Shown one piece after another: positions 1 through 9,900 of a stretch of 64,000 nt of DNA. This stretch comes from Flavobacteriales bacterium (GTDB lineage: Bacteria; Bacteroidota; Bacteroidia; Flavobacteriales; BACL11). Location of the stretch: contig JAOHSR010000003.1 of NCBI GenBank assembly GCA_028122735.1, forward strand, positions 10,543-74,542. Direction: 5' to 3'. Made by a program: the position numbers and the translations under genes. The notes below the pieces were generated by a model. The model had not been told where the DNA came from. It searched no databases and worked only from the letters and a program-made list of their open reading frames with translations. Position 1 is the first letter of the stretch. Every line of letters begins with the position of its first letter.

Positions 1-135
1 TTTTATTGAAAGAGTGGAGCTTTTAAATGCATTTTTAGGAACAAAAGTACTGTCTTTTGTTTGGGCTAAAGCGCTAAAGCTTGTAATGCTAAAAGCAAAT
101 ACTATGCAAAAAATTAGTTTAAAGCCCCCGCTCAT
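1..135 (-). CDS. 5' part of a secreted/outer-membrane protein, runs off the left edge (not in ORF track)
   Basis: ATG at 135-133, 3 nt after the GH3 stop; 45 open codons MSGGFKLIFCIVFAFSITSFSALAQTKDSTFVPK...; Sec signal peptide ending ALA-Q. Confidence 0.75.
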   Translation of the reverse strand, partial: MSGGFKLIFCIVFAFSITSFSALAQTKDSTFVPKNAFKSSTLSIK

Positions 136-138
136 ATT

Positions 139-2445
139 TTATTTTAGATTAAAAGTGGCCTGAAGATTTTCTATATAAAAAGAGTGTTTGCCAGGCTCAT
201 TTATCCAAAGATTATCATAATTGTAGAATCCAAGCTCATCAAAAGTTACTTTAAAAGAAACTGTTTTTGTCTCCCCAGTTTCCAGCTCCACTTTGTTGTA
301 GCGAACAAGTTTTCTTAGAGGAGGTGAAATCGATGCAAAGTGATCACGAGCATAAAGCTGGACAACCTCTTTTCCAGCTCTTTTTCCTGTGTTTTTAATA
401 TCTACACTAATAGTTATTTCCTTTTCTGAAAGTAGATAATCATTTTTTTCAATATTAATATTGGAGTATTCAAAACTTGTATAGCTTAAGCCAAAACCAA
501 AATTATACTGAGGGTTAAAAAAGTCATTTTTCCAAGTATTTGCGTTTATAAGCTCAGATTGTTTGTGGTCATAGTGCATAATAACGCCGCTATGTCTTGG
601 GTAGGTATAGGGTAGTTTTCCGCTAGGATTTGTTTTTCCAAACAAAATATCTGCAAAAGCCTGCCCCCCCTGATCTCCAGGTAGATAACACTGAACAACG
701 GCATCAGCTAAAGGCTCAATAGCTGAAATAATTTTAGGTCTACCCTCAACAAGAGCAAGAACAATTTTAATTCCCGTTTTAGAGAGCTTCTTAATTATTT
801 CTTGCTGCTCTTTTGCCATGTCAAGAGCATAGATATCCCCAGGTCTTTCAGTTGATGGCAGCTCTCCAAGACAAACAACAGCAACATCATAGTTGCTGGC
901 ATTTTTAACAGCTGTTGCAAGGTCAGAAGAATAAAAATCAGCCTCATCACCATTTACCATTTTCATGGTAGACCCCTCAAAGTGATCACATGATTGAGCG
1001 TTGTTTTTTACTGCCTGGTAAATAGTTGGGTTTTTAGTGTTGTTATATTGCGGGTCAACTCCTTGCCAGGTGTGTGTCCACGCTCCATTTAAACAATTTA
1101 GGCTGTTAGCTGTTGGACCAATAACCATGATTCTTGAGCTCGTACTTAGAGGTAGTAATTGTTCTTTGTTTTTTAGTAGTGTAATTGATTCTGTGGCCGC
1201 CGCATATGCCTTTTTAGCATGAGATTCAGATCCGAAATCGGGATAATCATTTTTATTTGTATATGGGGTGTTAAATAAATTAAGCTTATGTTTTACTCGC
1301 AATATTCTTCTTACAGCATCGTCCAGCCTTTCTGTTTTTACCCTTCTATCATTAATAAGTTCTAGAAACAGTTTGCAGTAGTTTTTATATTCGGGGTTGT
1401 TAGGAACCATACTCATATCAACACCGGCATTTATTGCCGTGGCAATAGCATCTTTTAAAGTTGAGTCTGTTTGAGCTACCTTATAAAGGTTGATAAAATC
1501 TTCCCAATCTGAAACTGAGAACCCTGCAAAACCCCAATCCTCTTTTAAAACATCAGTTAACAGGTGTTTGTTTGCGTGTCCAGGAATTCCATTTACCTCA
1601 CCACTATTTACCATTACAGTAAGGGCCCCACTTTTTATTGCGTTTTCAAAAGGAGGGAGGTGGTACTCTTTCATTGTTCTCTCAGGAATAAGAGCAGGCG
1701 TTCTATCTCTTCCTGTTCTTGGGAAGCCGTAACCAACATAATGTTTCAGACAAGCCGCAACATGATCTTTATCAACATTACCTTCTCCTTGATATCCCTG
1801 CACAATTTTTGTTCCTAAAGTTTTTGCCAAATAAGTGTCTTCGCCAAGTGTCTCAAAAAATCTAGACCAAATAGGAACCCTTCCTAAATCTAAAACCGGA
1901 GAGAAGTTCCAGGGCACCCCAGAAGCCCTTGTTTCATAAGCAGTAACCCTTCCCATTTCTCTTGCCATAGCCGTATCCCAGCTTGCAGCTAGTCCAATTT
2001 CTTGAGGAAAAAGCGTGCTGTTTTGAATGTATGTTGCCCCATGAATTGCATCTACGCCATAAATAATAGGAATTTTTAGACCCGAATTTGTGGCCTTTTC
2101 CTGAATGGTTTTTATTATTAGATTCCAATTTTCAAGAGTGAAAGTGTGATTTGAAACATTTAAAATAGAGCCAACTTTATAAATATCGATGGCCTCTTCA
2201 AGTTTTTTAAGATCAATTTGATGAGGCTCAATTAAAACATTTTCAGCATCTTTTTGTAGTATGGCATCTAAGGTTATTTGACATGTTTGACCAACCTTTT
2301 CTTCAACGGACATTTTTTTAATTAGAGCATCAATTTCTTTTTCAGCTACAGGATCAAGCTCAAATGAGCTTGTGCTTTTATTGTTATCACAAGAAAAGAG
2401 AAAAAGAACAAAAAGTAATAAAGTAAATACTGAATTTGTTTTCAT
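139..2445 (-). CDS. GH3 beta-glucosidase (BglX-like), lipoprotein
   Basis: Lipobox LFSC; GH3 motifs GVDAIHG, FSPVLD, KHYVG, nucleophile SDW; C-terminal PSGKLP and FN3-like EVVQLY. Confidence 0.93.
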   Translation of the reverse strand: MKTNSVFTLLLFVLFLFSCDNNKSTSSFELDPVAEKEIDALIKKMSVEEKVGQTCQITLDAILQKDAENVLIEPHQIDLKKLEEAIDIYKVGSILNVSNHTFTLENWNLIIKTIQEKATNSGLKIPIIYGVDAIHGATYIQNSTLFPQEIGLAASWDTAMAREMGRVTAYETRASGVPWNFSPVLDLGRVPIWSRFFETLGEDTYLAKTLGTKIVQGYQGEGNVDKDHVAACLKHYVGYGFPRTGRDRTPALIPERTMKEYHLPPFENAIKSGALTVMVNSGEVNGIPGHANKHLLTDVLKEDWGFAGFSVSDWEDFINLYKVAQTDSTLKDAIATAINAGVDMSMVPNNPEYKNYCKLFLELINDRRVKTERLDDAVRRILRVKHKLNLFNTPYTNKNDYPDFGSESHAKKAYAAATESITLLKNKEQLLPLSTSSRIMVIGPTANSLNCLNGAWTHTWQGVDPQYNNTKNPTIYQAVKNNAQSCDHFEGSTMKMVNGDEADFYSSDLATAVKNASNYDVAVVCLGELPSTERPGDIYALDMAKEQQEIIKKLSKTGIKIVLALVEGRPKIISAIEPLADAVVQCYLPGDQGGQAFADILFGKTNPSGKLPYTYPRHSGVIMHYDHKQSELINANTWKNDFFNPQYNFGFGLSYTSFEYSNINIEKNDYLLSEKEITISVDIKNTGKRAGKEVVQLYARDHFASISPPLRKLVRYNKVELETGETKTVSFKVTFDELGFYNYDNLWINEPGKHSFYIENLQATFNLK

Positions 2446-2449
2446 ATAA

Positions 2450-3919
2450 TTATTTTATAAGTAAAAGTTTTTCTGAATAGAATTTGTTTTCTGAATAGTA
2501 CGAGCAATTATAAATACCAGCAGGAAGGTGTAGAATGTTTATTGTTTTGCCTTCTAGTTTGTCTTTTTTAAAAACAACTTTTCCAAGTAGTGTTGTTATT
2601 TTGAGGTTTTTAGTATTATTTGCAGAAAGACTAATAAGCCCACTGCTCGGGTTTGGATACAAGCTATTCCCCAAGCTAGACAGCTCATTTACATCAGAGA
2701 TGATAATAGAATTACATGTTGGGGTGCATTGCCCCCACTTTGGACAGATAACCTTGTTTTCGTCAATAACAATCGTTCTGTTTGTATATTGAGTGTTTCC
2801 GTTTGTACAAGCCCATGCTGGGTCTAATGACTCGGCAATAGACCAATTGTCAGCACTAAATTTTAGTTCGTAATAACCCTCTAGCATTGTAATTTGTTTT
2901 TCCCAAATACCATCCCCATCTAAATCTTCCATTGGCCAACAACTTCCACACCAGGTGTTAAAAGTTCCATTAACCTCAGGGGTAGTAAAAGATTGAGAGA
3001 CATCATTCATGTCAACTCTAAAGGTTACAAGATACTCACAGCTTCCATTAGCAATTGTTGCAGAGGAGTTATAGTTTGTTGCTTGAGGATCTTTACACCC
3101 AAGAATTCCAGTATTTTCATATACCCTTACATAATCTACTTCAATTTGAGAGGGAAAAGATGTTAGTGAGTTTGGACCGTTATCAGTAACTGCAAGATTT
3201 AAGATTAAGTACCAATCATTAGAATTAAAAGGCCAAGAATGTTGGTTTGGAATTGTTGGATAGCTTGAGGGAGAGAGCTGATAAACCTTAACGCCATCAA
3301 TAAACCAAGCAATATAGTTTTCGTCCCACTCTACTGCATAATTGTGAAAGCTAGAAGCAAAACTTCCTGTTTGTATTTGGTGTTGAAATGACTGATAAAA
3401 AGATTGTCCCGGACATGAGCCCACGTGGGCAGCACCTGTAGTTTCTACGGTAGGCCAGTCATTTGCCCACTGCTCCATAATATCAATCTCGCCATCACAT
3501 GGCCAAGAACCACCAGAGGGCAGCATCCAAAATGCAGGCCAAAACCCTTCGCCATTTACGGTTTTCATTCTTGCCTCAATCTTACCATACCTTACTTCAA
3601 ACTTATTTTCAGTCTTGATTTTTGAAGAGCTATAGTACATGGTATTTCCCCAACTATCAACTATACCACCCGGCTCTTCTTTAACAATAATTTTTAGTGT
3701 TCCATTGCTCACTTCAGCATTACCAGCTTGATAAAATTGCAGCTCTCCATTTCCCCAGCCCCACAGACCGTATTGACTTCCTGTTCCAAGATCATGTGTC
3801 CATTTTGTTTGATCTAAAGTAGTTCCAGAAAAATCATCTTCCCAAACTAAAGACCAGCCTTGTGAGTAAGAGGTGTTACAAAAGCAAATTAAAAACGTAG
3901 CGATTAATAAATTTTTCAT
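2450..3919 (-). CDS. GH16 endo-beta-1,3-glucanase (laminarinase type) with Cys-rich repeat, CBM-like module and T9SS type A CTD
   Basis: Signal peptide; GWGNGELQ, WPAFWML, catalytic EIDIME; GCKDPQATNY repeat; VTFRVDM...WCGSC module; YPNPS...LLGK CTD. Confidence 0.92.
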   Translation of the reverse strand: MKNLLIATFLICFCNTSYSQGWSLVWEDDFSGTTLDQTKWTHDLGTGSQYGLWGWGNGELQFYQAGNAEVSNGTLKIIVKEEPGGIVDSWGNTMYYSSSKIKTENKFEVRYGKIEARMKTVNGEGFWPAFWMLPSGGSWPCDGEIDIMEQWANDWPTVETTGAAHVGSCPGQSFYQSFQHQIQTGSFASSFHNYAVEWDENYIAWFIDGVKVYQLSPSSYPTIPNQHSWPFNSNDWYLILNLAVTDNGPNSLTSFPSQIEVDYVRVYENTGILGCKDPQATNYNSSATIANGSCEYLVTFRVDMNDVSQSFTTPEVNGTFNTWCGSCWPMEDLDGDGIWEKQITMLEGYYELKFSADNWSIAESLDPAWACTNGNTQYTNRTIVIDENKVICPKWGQCTPTCNSIIISDVNELSSLGNSLYPNPSSGLISLSANNTKNLKITTLLGKVVFKKDKLEGKTINILHLPAGIYNCSYYSENKFYSEKLLLIK

Positions 3920-3923
3920 CTAT

Positions 3924-6809
3924 CTAGTTTTGAATGGTGATTTTTTTACTAACAACTTCATTTCCAATATATACTGAAATATAATAAAGACCATTTTCTT
4001 TAATATTTAAAGCGTGTTTGTTTTTGTTCGTTTTGTTCACTTTTGAATAAACAAGCTTTCCTAAAACACTGTAAACATCAATTCTAGAGGTTTCTTGTGG
4101 GGTATTTATGTTTATTAGTCCTGATGAAGGGTTTGGATAAACAAAAACACTATTTAAATTGTTTTCTGAGACCCCTGTCTGTCCTTGACACTCCACACAG
4201 CTATTCCAACAAACAGCGTCTAGCTCAATCTCCGAATCAATAACTAAATATCGGTTAACAAAACCCCATCCATTAGGAGCGCCTGGGTCAAATGCAACAG
4301 TAACACAGCTTGCTGTAGAGTCAAGATCTTCTTGAATATTCCAGCCATCAGCAGAGAACTTATACTCTACCGTGTCTCCAGCAGAAAGAAGCGCTGTGAA
4401 CTCCCAAACATTATCTCCATTGTCATCTGTCATTGCCCAACAACTTCCGCACCAGCTATTAAAAGTTCCGTTTACCTCTGGAGTTGTAAAAGGAGGACCA
4501 ACATACTCAGACATGTCTAACCTGAACGTCACATTATATGAAGAAGGTCCAGAGCTTGACAAACAATCCTCACACGATTGCCAGCAAACAGGTTCTAAAA
4601 TTGTATCTTGATTTACATGTAGTATTCTATTTGTAAAACCATTACTTGACACTGTACAGCTGTCTCCCGAAAAAAGATTCTCTTCAATTGTCCAGTTGTC
4701 TACAGAGTATTTATACTCATAAGAGCCGGAATCTATTAAGATAGTTATTTCCCATATGGAATCGTTGTTTAGGTCCTCAAGTTGCGTACAGTTTCCACAC
4801 CAACCATTAAACATTCCGTTTAACTCGGGAGTAATATATGTAATATTTGTAACTCCTCTTAGATCTAGCTGAAAAGTAACGCTATAGCCATAGACACAAG
4901 TACTGTCATCGCAAGTTGCCAATGGGTCATAGTTATTTGCTAGAGTATCAGTGCATCCATAACTAGTTAAACAGCTTCCGTCATCACAATTTGCAATAGG
5001 GTCAAAATTACACGCCATAGTGTCTGTACATCCGAAATTGTTTAAACAACTTCCGTCATCACAAGTCGCTAAAGAATCATAATTACAAGCAAGAATGTCC
5101 GTACAACCATAAATTGTTAAACAGCTTCCGTCGTCACAAGTTGCAAAAGGATCAAAATTACAGGCTAGAGAATCGGTACAGCCGTAGATCGTTAAGCAGC
5201 TTCCATCATCACAAGTTGCTAAAGCGTCATAATTACAAGCAAGAACATCCATACACCCATAATAACAATATACACAGGAGCTGTCATCTATAGTTGCGAG
5301 GGGATTATAGTTTAGGGCAGTAGAGTCTGTACACCCATAGGTTACTTGAGGGAAGACACAAGAGTCTGGGCAATTAGCCAAAGAGTCATAGTTAAGAGCT
5401 GCCGGATTCATACAGCCATAAATTGTTAAACAGTTTCCATCATCGCAGGTAGCTAGCGGATCAAAATTACAGGCTAAAGAATCTGTACAGCCATAAAGCG
5501 TTAAACAGCTTCCGTCATCACACGTAGCTAGCGGATCAAAATTACAGGCTAGTGAATCGGTACATCCATAAGATGTCAGGCAACTTCCATCATCAAAAGT
5601 TGCTAAAGTATCAAAATTACAAGCAAGAGAGTCTGTACACCCAAGAGTACAGTCGTTACAAGAGCCGTAAGTGTCGCTACTTATATATTCAGGTACAATA
5701 GTGATTAATCTGTTAGCATATGTAGAATAGTCTGTAATAGGGGCGCAAGTACCGCCGGCTTGCATATCATCTACCAAATCTTCCTGATAAGTCCAGCTGT
5801 CTAAAGCGTATTTGTATTCAAAGTCACCAATGGGTAAATCAAGAGTTATGGAATATATTCCATCCCCATCAGGGTCAGACAATATTACACAGCCACCACA
5901 CCAGTTAAAATTAGGGCTTTCCAAATTAACTTCCGAAAAAGAGGTTGTATCGCAATTCATATTAACATTAAATGTTGTGCTATATAGGCAGCTTCCATCA
6001 TCAATTGTGGCAAGAGAATCATAATTTGCAGCAAGTGTATCCGTACATCCATTTACACCAGTAATAACACAGTTATTCCATGAAGAGGAAAATGTTGTGT
6101 CACTATTTACAATAGCAGCTCGATTAACAAAGCCCCAACCATTAGGAGCCCCCGGGTCATAGTTAATTGTGATGCAAGATAGAGAAGAATCAAGGTCTTC
6201 TTGAATAGTCCAGTTATCAGCAGAATATTTCCATTCTAAAGAATCTCCAGGACCAAAAGATGTTGAGAATTGCCAAACACTGTCTCCATCAGCATCAGTC
6301 ATTGGCCAGCAATTACCACACCAACTGTTAAAACCTCCATTCACTTCTGGTGTTGTGTAAGGATCTGTAACTCCTCTCATATCAACCTCAAAAGTTACAC
6401 TATAAGAAGAGGGCCCTGAACTACAGCTACTGCATGAGCCCCAACAAACAACAGGAAGAGTTGTATCTCCACTAATAGTTAAAACTCTGTTGGTGTATTG
6501 AGTGTTTCCGTTTGTACAGCTATCACCAGAATATAAAGATTCTTGTATAGTCCAGTTGTCAGCAGAGTATTTAAACTCGTAAGTTCCATTAGCTAAATCT
6601 ATAGTAACATCCCAAATATTATCACCATCAAGGTCTGACATTGCAGCACAGTTTCCACACCAACCATTAAAAGTTCCGTTTACTTCAGGGGTGGTAAATG
6701 TTGTTGGGTCAACATCACTCATGTCAACTTGAAAGGTTACATTGTTTTGAGCTATTGTGCTAAAGCAAAAAAGAAACAACGTCAATAGATGTGCTAAAAT
6801 ATTTTTCAT
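3924..6809 (-). CDS. T9SS-secreted multi-module protein (5 CBM-like WCGxC modules, Cys-rich GCTD repeat array); no catalytic domain recognised
   Basis: Signal peptide; five (V/T)TFx(V/L)(D/N)(M/L)...WCGxC...DxDGD...E(Y/F/W)K modules; tandem GCTDxxACNxDxxAxxDDGSC repeats; VYPNPS...VLGK...KKITIQ CTD. Confidence 0.85.
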   Translation of the reverse strand: MKNILAHLLTLFLFCFSTIAQNNVTFQVDMSDVDPTTFTTPEVNGTFNGWCGNCAAMSDLDGDNIWDVTIDLANGTYEFKYSADNWTIQESLYSGDSCTNGNTQYTNRVLTISGDTTLPVVCWGSCSSCSSGPSSYSVTFEVDMRGVTDPYTTPEVNGGFNSWCGNCWPMTDADGDSVWQFSTSFGPGDSLEWKYSADNWTIQEDLDSSLSCITINYDPGAPNGWGFVNRAAIVNSDTTFSSSWNNCVITGVNGCTDTLAANYDSLATIDDGSCLYSTTFNVNMNCDTTSFSEVNLESPNFNWCGGCVILSDPDGDGIYSITLDLPIGDFEYKYALDSWTYQEDLVDDMQAGGTCAPITDYSTYANRLITIVPEYISSDTYGSCNDCTLGCTDSLACNFDTLATFDDGSCLTSYGCTDSLACNFDPLATCDDGSCLTLYGCTDSLACNFDPLATCDDGNCLTIYGCMNPAALNYDSLANCPDSCVFPQVTYGCTDSTALNYNPLATIDDSSCVYCYYGCMDVLACNYDALATCDDGSCLTIYGCTDSLACNFDPFATCDDGSCLTIYGCTDILACNYDSLATCDDGSCLNNFGCTDTMACNFDPIANCDDGSCLTSYGCTDTLANNYDPLATCDDSTCVYGYSVTFQLDLRGVTNITYITPELNGMFNGWCGNCTQLEDLNNDSIWEITILIDSGSYEYKYSVDNWTIEENLFSGDSCTVSSNGFTNRILHVNQDTILEPVCWQSCEDCLSSSGPSSYNVTFRLDMSEYVGPPFTTPEVNGTFNSWCGSCWAMTDDNGDNVWEFTALLSAGDTVEYKFSADGWNIQEDLDSTASCVTVAFDPGAPNGWGFVNRYLVIDSEIELDAVCWNSCVECQGQTGVSENNLNSVFVYPNPSSGLININTPQETSRIDVYSVLGKLVYSKVNKTNKNKHALNIKENGLYYISVYIGNEVVSKKITIQN
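4890..5642 (-). repeat. Ten tandem coding repeats of about 75 bp (25-aa GCTDxLACN(F/Y)DxLATCDDGSCLTxY)
   Basis: Read directly in the translation: 10 units of 23-27 aa totalling 251 aa. Confidence 0.92.
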
Positions 6810-6831
6810 GTTTAGGGTGTTTTAGTTTTTG

Positions 6832-6881
6832 TAAAGATACAAAATTTACTTAGTGTATTTTAGCCCTTTATTACAAACACT
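6832..6881 (-). promoter_or_regulatory. Putative promoter of the 961-aa/GH16/GH3 operon with two operator half-sites
   Basis: TATCTTTA (variant of the Bacteroidota -7 TAnnTTTG) at 6839-6832; AGTGTA at 6852 and AACACT at 6876-6881; TTACTTAGTG shared with 12994-13003. Confidence 0.45.
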
Positions 6882-6886
6882 TACAT

Positions 6887-6922
6887 AAAAAAAGGCCTTA
6901 AAGTTAATTAAGGCCTTTTTTT
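6887..6922. terminator. Intrinsic terminator after the 2002-aa gene
   Basis: Perfect inverted repeat AAAAAAAGGCCTTAA-agttaa-TTAAGGCCTTTTTTT with U-tracts on both strands. Confidence 0.9.
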
Positions 6923-6938
6923 AATTATTTAAAAGATA

Positions 6939-9900
6939 CTATTGAAGAACTATCTTTTTGTTTACAACACCATTATTTGTTGTAATTTCTAAGAAGTAAA
7001 CCCCTTTAGTGTATTTAGACATGTTTATCGATTTAGTGTACTCTCCAACAAACTGCTCAAGGCCTTCGGAGTAAACCAACTCTCCAACCATATTCAATAC
7101 TCTTACTTCTAAGTTTTGAATATCTTCAGACACAAAAGAAACATTAAAGATGCCGTTAGAAGGGTTTGGATAAACCTCTAGATCATTAATTTGACTTCCC
7201 CCATCTAATCTAATTGGAACAACACCAGGTTGTGTCCAGGTAATTGGACTTGTCCAATCTGATCGGTAAGATGTTACGTTTACATCACAGAACGTTCTTC
7301 CTTGAGCTCTATATTCAGTTCCAGATTGAAGTCCAAACTTATTTACAGAATATGTAGGGTAGAACACTCCAAATCCACCAGCAGTCTGCCAGTTAGAACC
7401 TACAGTATTTACTCTTAGGGCTACTCTAGCAAAAGTATAAGGGCCGGTTTCTGTCCATGTGAATCTTGCCTTAGAATCATTAGAGCTAAACGTTTCAACC
7501 ATTAGCGTATCCATCTCTGGACAAGCATCTTGAGTTGTGAATTGATCTGAATATGAATATCCTGATTCACCACCTCCACAATAAAAGGCTTTCATTTTGA
7601 ATTCGTAAGTTGTTGAAGCCATAAGACCTCTTAGTACCTTAGAAGTGTTAGGCAGTCCAACATTGCATAGTCCAGACCCAATACCAGCAGCTTTAGTTGT
7701 CCACGTAAGAGTTCCTACCTCACGATATCTTACAAAGTATTTTTCAACTCTACAGCTTCCACTGTTAGCATCATTCCAGTGAATAGTTGCCATCTCAGCA
7801 TAAACATCACTTGAGTTTAATCCAATTGGATATGGTGCCGAACAGTTGTATCCATATAAGCATGAACCATCGTCTACCATTGCAGAATCGTTGTAGTTAA
7901 ATGCTAAAGAATCTGTACAACCTTGAACACATTCAGAGCAAGAGCTATAAGTATTATCAAATATAGGGCTTGAATTAACCACTTGTTCAACAACTGAAAC
8001 ATTATCTATTGAGCCTATTGCAGAGTCTAATGGTTGAATTCTAAATCTCTTATCATTTGCTGCCGTGATGTATTCCGAATAGACACCCGCAGCGCTTCTT
8101 TCAATACCAGTTACGCCTCCTATTTTTGCCCTATACGATCCTTTTGAAATATTCACAACTTCGTAAGTAACTAAAAAAGTTGTATTAGCTATACCAATAA
8201 CACTTGCTTGGCTTATAGTATTATCTGTTGTGCCAAGCGAAATTGCTACGCCATTTTGTATGGTCCAGTTAGCACCATTAGACCATCCAGTATTCCCATT
8301 AGAAAAACTTCCATTAGTAATAAGTTCACCTGAATTTGCAATAAGTCCATTAACATCAACAAGTCTGTTGGCATATGTTGCGTAATCAGTTATTGGAGCA
8401 CAAGAAGCGCCGCCAACCATATCGTCAATTAAGTCTTCTTGGCCAGCCCATCCATCAACAGCATACTTGTATTCAAAGTTTCCAGCAGGCAGATCAACAG
8501 TTACAGAGTGAACCCCATCACCATCAGGATCAGTCATTGGAACACAGCCACCACACCAGCCAAATACAGGACTTTCTAAGTGAACATACCCAAATGAACC
8601 AGCAGGCTCACAATTCATATCTACATTAAATGTAGTTGAGAATAAACACGAACCGTCATCATCTGTTGCAAGAGCATCATAGTTTATTGCGCCAGCATCA
8701 GTACATCCATTTACTTGGTCACAAATATCACAAGATCCATACGTATCATCCAATACAGTTCCAGCTGAAACATCCACTAATCTATTAGCATAAGAGAAGT
8801 AGTCAGTTACAGGAGCACAAGAAGCTCCGTTCTGCATATCATCAACTAGATCTTCTTGACCAGCCCATGAATCTACAGCATACTTGTATTCAAAATTACC
8901 AAGTGGTAGGTCAACAGTTACAGAGTGAACCCCATCACCATCAGGATCAGTCATTGGCACACAACCACCACACCAGCCAAATACTGGGCTTTCAAGATGA
9001 ACATATCCAAATGAGCCAGCAGGCTCACAATTCATATCAACATTGAATGTGGTAGCGTAAACACAAGACCCATCATCTAAGTCTGCTAAAGGATCAAAAT
9101 TAGAAGCAGCCGGATCAGTACATCCAGGAGGGCATACACTACATCTTCCATAAACATCAGAAGTAGTCGAGTTGGCAGCCGCTTGTCTGTATGCATATGA
9201 TAAATTATCCGTATATGGAGCACACGTGTTAGTTCCATTTAACATTTCGTTAAATAGGCCAGCGAATTCAGAATCCGCCCAAACATCAACAACGTACATG
9301 TATACAAAGTTATCAGTAACACTGTGAGTTCCTTCCCACACTCCATCACCGTCAGCATCAGTTAATAGGTATGTATTACCTGACCAGTTGTCTAAGAATC
9401 CTGTTGCAGCTAATGTTGTAGGAGTTAAGCCTGAACAAGTCATGTCTACTGTAAAGGTAACATCATACTCACAAGAACCATCATCTGTAGTCATTGTTGA
9501 GTCATAATTATTTGCTAGAGGATCTGTACAGCCAGCAATACATGCAATACACGATCCGTAAGTGTCAGAAGTATTGATTCCAGGAGTTGCTGTTACTAAT
9601 CTATTTGCATATGAGAAGTAATCGGTTACTGGAGCACAAGTTTCTCCACTTACCATATCATCAACCAAGTCTTCTCTTGAAGAATTGTTGTCAATTGAGT
9701 AGAAGTAAACAAAGTCTCCACCAGGAATATCAACAGTAACTGAATAAATACCATCCATTTCTGGATCTGACATTTGAGTACAGCCTGTAAAGCATCCAAA
9801 ATAAGCGCTTTCTAAATGTACTGTAGAGTAAGTTGTTGGGTCTTCACAATTCATATCTACATTAAATGTAGCTGTAAATAGACAAGAACCATCATCTGTT

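Noticed and set aside
4890-5642. 75-bp periodic repeats as a CRISPR array
   Set aside because: They are in-frame coding repeats with synonymous variation, no unique spacers and no cas genes.
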